A stretch of DNA of 64,000 bases from Eledone cirrhosa (Eukaryota): the NCBI GenBank assembly GCA_964016885.1, contig OZ024747.1, forward strand, positions 81,964,001-82,028,000, in the 5' to 3' direction. Of the stretch, positions 55,500 to 64,000 are shown piece after piece (position 1 is the stretch's first letter; each line of letters begins with the position of its first letter). Position numbers and translations under genes: made by a program. The notes under the pieces were generated by a model. That model was given only the letters and a program-made list of their open reading frames with translations. It was not told the DNA's origin and made no database searches.

Positions 55500-55700
55500 G
55501 CACTTTTCCCAAATCTTGCAACAGGTGCTTATTATCAATCAACTTATTGATGTCAGTGCACAAATTATATAGCTGAGAAAGCCATGTTTGTGGCACTTGC
55601 GTTATTTAAGGAAATGGCATCAATTAAACTCAACTCTAAGTCACTGAACCACTTGTCAATTATGCAGTCTTGTCTGGACACAACTGCTAAAAGAATCATG
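55500..55700 (+). pseudogene. Possible decayed hAT transposase C-terminal (dimerisation) remnant
   Basis: ALFPNL...AEKAMF...KSLNHLSIM loosely resembles FPNL...ERSFS...RLNHLAI; frameshifted. Confidence 0.25.
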
Positions 55701-56647
55701 CTTGTAAACTTTGAAGTAGTTGCTTACAGTTTCATAAAGATGTGACAAGACTGGATAAGAGGTGATAGTAGTATTAACAGTAATAGACACAAGCTCAGTT
55801 AGTGGTTAGTCGAACAAATATAGGCACTTGAAATATCATATATACACATGTTTAAGTCACAACCCAATTTCATATACAACATTCTTAGCTTAATAGTTGA
55901 TTCATATATAAGGTTTTGTAGATACATCACATGCTGGTTTTTATCAAAATTTTAGCTGGATAAAAGTATGACTTATAAATATTATATACAGTTAGTGGCA
56001 TCTAAACATAAATTTACAGGGATAACAGTTGAAAGTCATCCATACAAATATTATGCTGATTCTAAAAAACTGGTTGATGAAATTCAATGGCAGTTAAAAT
56101 ATAGAAGTGCTACACAACATGCTGGAGCAGCAACAGTTGTAGTAGTGATTAAAGATGTTGATAGTTAAAGGAACGCTGAAAGAAAAGCAAACTACAAAAG
56201 GAAAACATTTTGGGGAAGAAGAATTGAGCAAGGTATATTGTTAAGAACAGATTATGTGAACTGAGAGCTGCATGCTATAAACTAATTGTAGATAGTAAAC
56301 AGTATAGTGGTTTCTAGAATGGACAATCTAAGGTATTTAGATGTAAGATAGTTGAAGTTCCAAAAGAAATATTTATAGAAAAAGACCATGAACAGATAGA
56401 CCACAAGTAAAGGGGTTGGATATCTTGGCTGGTCTTGTTTGAGATTCAGCTGGATCAAGACCTGCAAGAAAGAGTGTTTGATAATTCTGCCCCCCCCCCC
56501 CCCCCAGATCCTACCAGGAATATGTGGGCAAAGATGAAGAAAAGTATGAAGAATTCATATATATAGCAAAGCCTACATAACATGTACTCCCATATTAATA
56601 AATGCATATAAAAATATCGAGAATAACGTTTCAATAGACAGAAATAT

Positions 56648-57082
56648 CATCATTATCATCATTTTACGTCCGCTTTTCCCTGATTGCAAGGGTGGAACAG
56701 GTCCTATTCAGCACAGAATCTCTCCACTTGTCATGGTCCTTCATCATCTCCTCCGTGAGCTTCAGCAATCTGAGGTCTGCTCTCACCACCTCCGCCCATG
56801 TTTTTCATGGTCTTCCTCTACTGTGTCTTCCTTCTACTGGGATTTCTTGGCACTTCTTTACCCAGCAGTCATCCTCCATGTGCATCACATGTCCATACTA
56901 TCGCAGTCTTCTCTCCCGCACACTACAACTCATCCCTCTTATACACAGTTTCTCTCTCAACTCATCTATTCTTGGTCGTTCACGCACATTGACATTGCAC
57001 ATCCAACGAAGCATGCTTGCTTCATTTCTCTCCAGCCACCACATATCCTCTGCAGTCGTTGCCCATGTCTCACTAGCATGCA
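56648..57082 (-). mobile_element. 5'-truncated RTE LINE, second family (short 3' UTR)
   Basis: HASETWA..EDMWWLERNEASMLRWMC..RERRLR; same tail as 39135 and 44546. Confidence 0.9.
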
Positions 57083-57300
57083 TATATATATGAATATTAA
57101 GAAATATATAAATATAGGTAATACCTAAATAGTATATGAGCATTGTTATACACATATAGAGAAAATACATGTGAGTGTGTATGCAGACACACACACACAT
57201 GTAGCTGATCCTTGATCTGGCTCAAAACTGTTGCAGTCAGCAGATGATTTTTGATAGAACATCTTGCTTTTTATTTTCTCAGATAGAATGTGCTTTTATT

Positions 57301-57377
<77 letters not shown>

Positions 57378-57401
57378 AACATATATATATATATGTGTGT
57401 T

Positions 57402-57454
<53 letters not shown>

Positions 57455-57455
<1 letters not shown>

Positions 57456-57497
57456 TGATGATTAGAGGGGAAAATCATTCAAATGAAACAAGAGATG

Positions 57498-57533
<36 letters not shown>

Positions 57534-57794
57534 AATTTATATATGTGTATATATATATATATACACACACTTATATATATGTATATATACATATATATAT
57601 ATATACACACATACACACACATATATATATATATATATGTGTATGTGTGTATATATATATATGTATATATACATATATATATAAGTGTATATATATACAT
57701 ATATATAAGTGTGTGTGCATATATATATATTTATATATATATATCCATCTCCATCTCTTGTTTCATTTGTATGATTTTCCCCTCTATTCATCAT
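57455..57794. repeat. Fold-back (about 50-bp arms) enclosing a TA/CA microsatellite
   Basis: atgatgattagaggggaaaatcattcaaatgaaacaagagatgga versus tccatctcttgtttcatttgtatgattttcccctctattcatcat. Confidence 0.85.
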
Positions 57795-58377
57795 ATTACC
57801 GGACAAATCCTGAAACTTTTTATTCTTTGTGTAACAAAACTAGAAATAGATGGAGTAATCAGAAAACTGAAGTCATGCTTTGATGTTTACTTGGATACAA
57901 AATACTACTAATTCTACTAACCAATAGCAATAGAAATATACTAATAAGCTAATGGTTCTGTAATTAACTGTTGCAATATTAGACTATATTCAGATAACTA
58001 TGAACAAGTTACTCTTTATATACACAAAGATATACATATATATATATATATACATATATACATATACATATATATGCATACATATTGTATGTATGTACAT
58101 TCATACATACATATACATATTGTATAATATGTATGTGTATGCAAGCTAAGGAGCTTCTCTAACGACTATACCAGGTAATAAAATACACAGGCAACTACCA
58201 TTTTCACTACCTCCTCTTTTCTACACAGACCCTCTCAGTTGCTGCTATCTGTATGTTTATGTACATATATGTAGAAATTCATATACATTCTTATACACCC
58301 CCCGACGTTGGTCAGTTCACATGCACATGCTAACTCATGCATCCTCACTCTCTCAGCAGCCAGATCATCATGGTTAG

Positions 58378-59419
58378 AATAGAGTTTGATCCTAGATTAG
58401 GTGGACAATAGCCCAGCATCTTAGTTTCCCAGTGCCTTAATAGAGTTTGAACTCAGAATAGGTGGACAATAGCCCAGCATCTTAGTTTCCCAGTGCCTTA
58501 ATAGAGTTTGAACTCAGAATAGGTGGACAATAGCCCAGCATCTTAGTTTCCCAGTGCCTTAATAGAGTTTGAACCTAGATTAGGTGGACAATAGCCCAGC
58601 ATCTTAGTTTCCCAGTGCCTTAATAGAGTTTGAACTCAGAATAGGTGGACAATAGCCCAGCATCTTAGTTTCCTAGTGCCTTAATAGAGTTTGAACTCAG
58701 AATAGGTGGACAATAGCCCAGCATCTTAGTTTCCCAGTGCCTTAATAGAGTTTGAACCTAGATTAGGTGGACAATAGCCCAGCATCTTAGTTTCCCAGTG
58801 CCTTAATAGAGTTTGAACTCAGAATAGGTGGACAATAGCCCAGCATCTTAGTTTCCCAGTGCCTTAATAGAGTTTGAACTCAGAATAGGTGGACAATAGC
58901 CCAGCATCTTAGTTTCCCAGTGCCTTAATAGAGTTTGAACTCAGAATAGGTGGACAATAGCCCAGCATCTTAGTTTCCCAGTGCCTTAATAGAGTTTGAA
59001 CCTAGATTAGGTGGACAATAGCCCAGCATCTTAGTTTCCCAGTGCCTTAATAGAGTTTGAACTCAGAATAGGTGGACAATAGCCCAGCATCTTAGTTTCC
59101 CAGTGCCTTAATAGAGTTTGAACTCAGAATAGGTGGACAATAGCCCAGCATCCTAGTTTCCCAGTGCCTTAATAGAGTTTGAACCTAGATTAGGTGGACA
59201 ATAGCCCAGCATCTTAGTTTCCCAGTGCCTTAATAGAGTTTGAACTCAGAATAGGTGGACAATAGCCCAGCATCTTAGTTTCCCAGTGCCTTAATAGAGT
59301 TTGAACTCAGAATAGGTGGACAATAGCCCAGCATCTTAGTTTCCCAGTGCCTTAATAGAGTTTGAACTCAGAATAGGTGGACAATAGCCCAGCATCTTAG
59401 TTTCCTAGTGCCTTAATAG
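58378..59419. repeat. 61-bp minisatellite, 17 copies, two variants
   Basis: Unit aatagagtttgaactcagaataggtggacaatagcccagcatcttagtttcccagtgcctt; variant ...gaacctagatt...; no spacers. Confidence 0.97.
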
Positions 59420-61048
59420 CGTCTATGTTTTTAAATCAATATAATATTTTTTTAATCAATTTAAAATCATTTCAATACTGAGTGGGGAAGAAAATGTTCT
59501 AAACCTAATAAAAGTGGCATGAGCATTAAAAGATTAAGAACAATTGTATTACAGTAAAGACATTACTAACTGAATCATGTTGTAGCCTTTTTTTTTTAAA
59601 ATGACATTTCACTTTCCTTGTCTTGATTAGACTAATTGAATAGTAAAAGGAACAATTTGCTGAACTCATATTTCAGAGTTAAGTGTTTGTTATCATCATC
59701 ATTTTATGTCCTTTTTCCACGGTTCATGGTGGTTAAAAATAAAATAAAGTTTAGAGAAAATGTATACAAAAATATTAATGCAAACAATTCATGGGAACAT
59801 CTAAATTTAGAGAATCTTCCAACACTTGTTGAGTAATAAAGTAATAAGAATGAATGAAATAATGAAGGCAAGTCATATAATACACCACCACATCCCTGCC
59901 AAAAAAAAAAACATACATTCAAATCAGATTCATCTGTCCTGTCACAAGAAATGGAAAATTACAGGTCCTAAATTTGTCAGTCTAGTAGTCATATCAAATA
60001 AGCTTGATGTGCACATCAGCTATTAGAATGACACCTGGTGTCAGATTGTCACAATAGAAGCCATCAAAATTTGACCCAACTAACACTATTTAGGTTTGGT
60101 ACACACAATCTTTCCAGAATTCTTGAGATTTCACATCAGTACAGCTAAACACTACAATAGTGACAATAGGTATTTTTCCTTAGAATTATATACTTGTCTT
60201 GATCTTCTCTAAAGAATGAAGACATAAAATCCAATTCACTTTACAAAATATTGACAGTATATTTATTATAAGAACTTCAGATTTTCTTTAAGAATAGAGA
60301 AAATGGAAAAGTTCTTCAGAAGATTGATATTACAGGATAACCTTGGTGTCATTGACCCAATTATCAGTCAGTTACAAGATTCAATAGAGACAAAATTCTA
60401 GTAACCTTTTAATTTCCCAAATGAAATGATTGATTGTTTGTTTTCAACATTAAGGATTTGTAGATAAATAAAGATAAATATTTGAGTATAGCATGTGTAT
60501 GTGTATATAGATACATTTATATCAATGTGTGTATGTGTATATGAGCTTTCCATTTATAGAGGGGGGGGGGGTGGCTTGTGTCAAAATGACGGATGGTTAT
60601 CATCAAGAAATATGAACCCTCAATCCACAGATTCTGGAAAGGCCACTACTGTTTCTTCAAACAATTAGAATTTAATATCACACTAGAACAGGGAATAACA
60701 AGAAGAAATGCAAGTTTATATAAGGAAAAGAATATCATTGATAAGCTGTCTAAATAAAGGAAAGAAAAGCAAGTCATTAGAATAAACCAGGGAAATAATG
60801 TTCCCATTGGTCTTCCCCTTGCTGACTATCTAGTGGTCAGAAGATGTGTGTCAGTGTATGGGATGTATGAATGTATGTATGTCTGTTAGAAATGTGGGTG
60901 CACGTGTGTGTGTGTACAAGTGTGAAGTGTATGTATGTACACACACACACACACACATATATATATATGTGTGTACACACACATATGTATATATATATAT
61001 ATGTGTGTGTGTGTGTACTCACACACACATGTATATATACACATACAC

Positions 61049-61095
<47 letters not shown>

Positions 61096-61147
61096 CATAC
61101 TCGCATATACATACACATACACACACACGCATACATATATACATACA

Positions 61148-61189
<42 letters not shown>

Positions 61190-61194
<5 letters not shown>

Positions 61195-61425
61195 CACCCA
61201 GCCCACATTATAAAGTGGTTGTGTAGGTATCATGACAAAAAGCACCCAGTACTCTCTGTAAATGAGGTTGGTGTTAGAAAGGGCATCCAGCTGTAGAAAC
61301 CAAGCCAGAATCAGTTCTGTATAAGCAAGACATGGTCACTTGACCTGGTATTGCTCACAACAGGACAACTCGTCTAACCCATGCTAGCGTGGAAAAATGG
61401 ATGTTAAACGGTGATTATGGTGATA
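61190..61425 (+). mobile_element. RTE 3' UTR fragment (family of 6575-7561)
   Basis: Matches 7325-7560: gggcatccagctgtagaaa...ctaacccatgctagcgtggaa. Confidence 0.85.
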
Positions 61426-62721
61426 TATATATAATATGTTAAACATACCCAGTACATGCTGTAAAGTAGTTAGTGATAGGAAAGGCATCTAGCCATAGAA
61501 AGCTGGCCAAACAAAGAGTTAGAAGAACCCTTCAGTTATGTCAAAGACATGACAAACTTTCATTTACACTCATTAGAATGTGAGACCATATGTAAGCAAG
61601 ATGCAGATCACAGCATATACAAACCTTTAAAAAATAAGAATTTTTGGTGACGTACAGTTGCTTAAGTACCAGTGTGCCACAGATATCTTGAAGTTACATA
61701 TTCTGTATTCTGCAGCAGACTAAGAAACCAGAGGTCTATGCTGCTAATTTAACAGAAGAAATTCATATGGATTTCTGATGCACGATTGTTGCTGACCAGT
61801 CAGTGAAACTGCAGTTGGGACTTTGAAGAAAAAATTGGTATATATTTGTCTATTCCTTCCTCACATTTATAATTTTATATATATATATATGTATGTATAT
61901 CATCATCATTTTTACGTCTGCTTTTCCATGATTCAACATATATGACAGGCTTCTGCAGCTTCCATCACCAAATTTCTCCTATGATACCGAAACACAAACC
62001 ACACACACAGTCGTGTATGTTTAGGGGTCAAAGTAAATAATGGCTTGTTTTTGAAACCCATGTATCCAGCAGTATCTAAGAATAAGTTATTCAACTACTA
62101 AACTTCTACATATAGAACATAAGGTAATATATTGAGATCAAATGTTGAACTTAATAAAAAGATGAACTCATCAATGGAGCTACTTCTCAATGGCTGGTGG
62201 TTAACTAAAAATAGACAATGCAAGAGAAAGATATGTAGACAAAAGCTATTATGTTACTAGTGCGTTTGATAGTCATAAAAGGAACTCAACTATCTTAACA
62301 TGCAATGATGCTGACAGGAATTCTGAAATATGTCAACATATATATATACGTTAATTCAAATTTTTTTTCTTTCAAATGGATTAAGCAGTAACCTATGATG
62401 TTGCATGTTACATACTCAATTCTTAGTTACTGCATATACTGGCACTTCACATCTACTAAGGATCACTGGTATCCTCAATGGATAACAGTATGAAATGAAG
62501 GTAAAGATGTATAGATGGATGGTTGAATGAATGGGATGGAAAGAGAGAAAATAAGAGATAGCCTAAGTTATACCAAACAGATATATTAAATACATTCAAC
62601 CATTAGAATATAAATAATGCGCAGTAGCATCTTATTTATTTGAACTGTGTTGAACACAAGCAGGGCCAAAAATGACATATATTCAAATATGTAAACCCTG
62701 TTTGAATATGAGAACACTCTG

Positions 62722-63514
<793 letters not shown>

Positions 63515-63719
63515 TTCGTTTCTGAATTTGTTTAGCAAGATTCTTTATCTGAAATCGTGTGTTGAAACCGATATTGTTATACTTTGGGAGGGTCATGTTG
63601 CCAATAAGAAACACACGCACCAGTTGCTTTCACTTCAATTTATTATAATAAATCTATAATAAATTTATAAATTTCTGGTTGGTTGGCTGGTTCCACAACC
63701 AGATAGTTGTTTATATATT

Positions 63720-63762
63720 GTCATAGTTCTTTCGTCACACACTCTGTGACCTCTTCAGTGAC
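63720..63762 (-). ncRNA. Minimal type I hammerhead motif (inverted copy)
   Basis: Reverse complement of 63936-63978. Confidence 0.6.
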
Positions 63763-63935
63763 TGGGATTCCTTTCTTTGTTTCTGTGCCTCTCCTTTGTT
63801 CTGTCCTACGCCATTTTGTTTCTGTGTGTGTGTTGTGTGCTCAGTCTGCGTATGCGCCACATCCGGGTGTCTGTGTGTGTTTATGGCGTAGGACAGAACA
63901 GAGGAGAGGCACAGAAACAAAGAAAGGAATCCCCA

Positions 63936-63978
63936 GTCACTGAAGAGGTCACAGAGTGTGTGACGAAAGAACTATGAC
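63936..63978 (+). ncRNA. Minimal type I hammerhead motif
   Basis: gtca-CUGAAGA-g-gtcaca-gagtg-tgtgac-GAAA-gaac-UA-tgac. Confidence 0.6.
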
Positions 63979-64000
63979 AATATATAAACAACTATCTGGT

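Larger units (their letters stand above)
63698..64000. repeat. Fold-back with hammerhead-bearing arms (runs off the window)
   Basis: 63698-63814 is the reverse complement of 63883-64000. Confidence 0.93.

Noticed and set aside
58378-59419. CRISPR-like array
   Set aside because: Units are contiguous with no unique spacers, there are no cas genes, and the context is eukaryotic.

Overview
Eukaryotic, very AT-rich, repeat-dense non-coding DNA (intronic or intergenic). The SINE/RTE repertoire and long (TA)n tracts suggest an octopod cephalopod; this is inference. I found no credible host gene. Almost all listed ORFs are microsatellite read-throughs, and the real coding remnants are retroelement or transposon fragments: RTE and CR1/L2-group reverse transcriptases, CRE-like restriction-endonuclease LINE ends and a Helitron helicase. 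There are also tRNA-derived SINEs, piggyBac-, hAT- and mariner-type MITEs, and a 61-bp minisatellite. The most notable signal is at least 7 sequence-unrelated short non-coding elements, each carrying a type I hammerhead ribozyme motif (12 copies, plus one decayed candidate). They sit in or beside (TA)n tracts, mostly as partial-tandem units (394, 549 and 591 bp) or fold-back palindromes, which resembles Penelope-like pLTRs or retrozymes. One family has a compensatory U3:A8 catalytic-core variant. All motifs were read by eye; none was folded or searched computationally.
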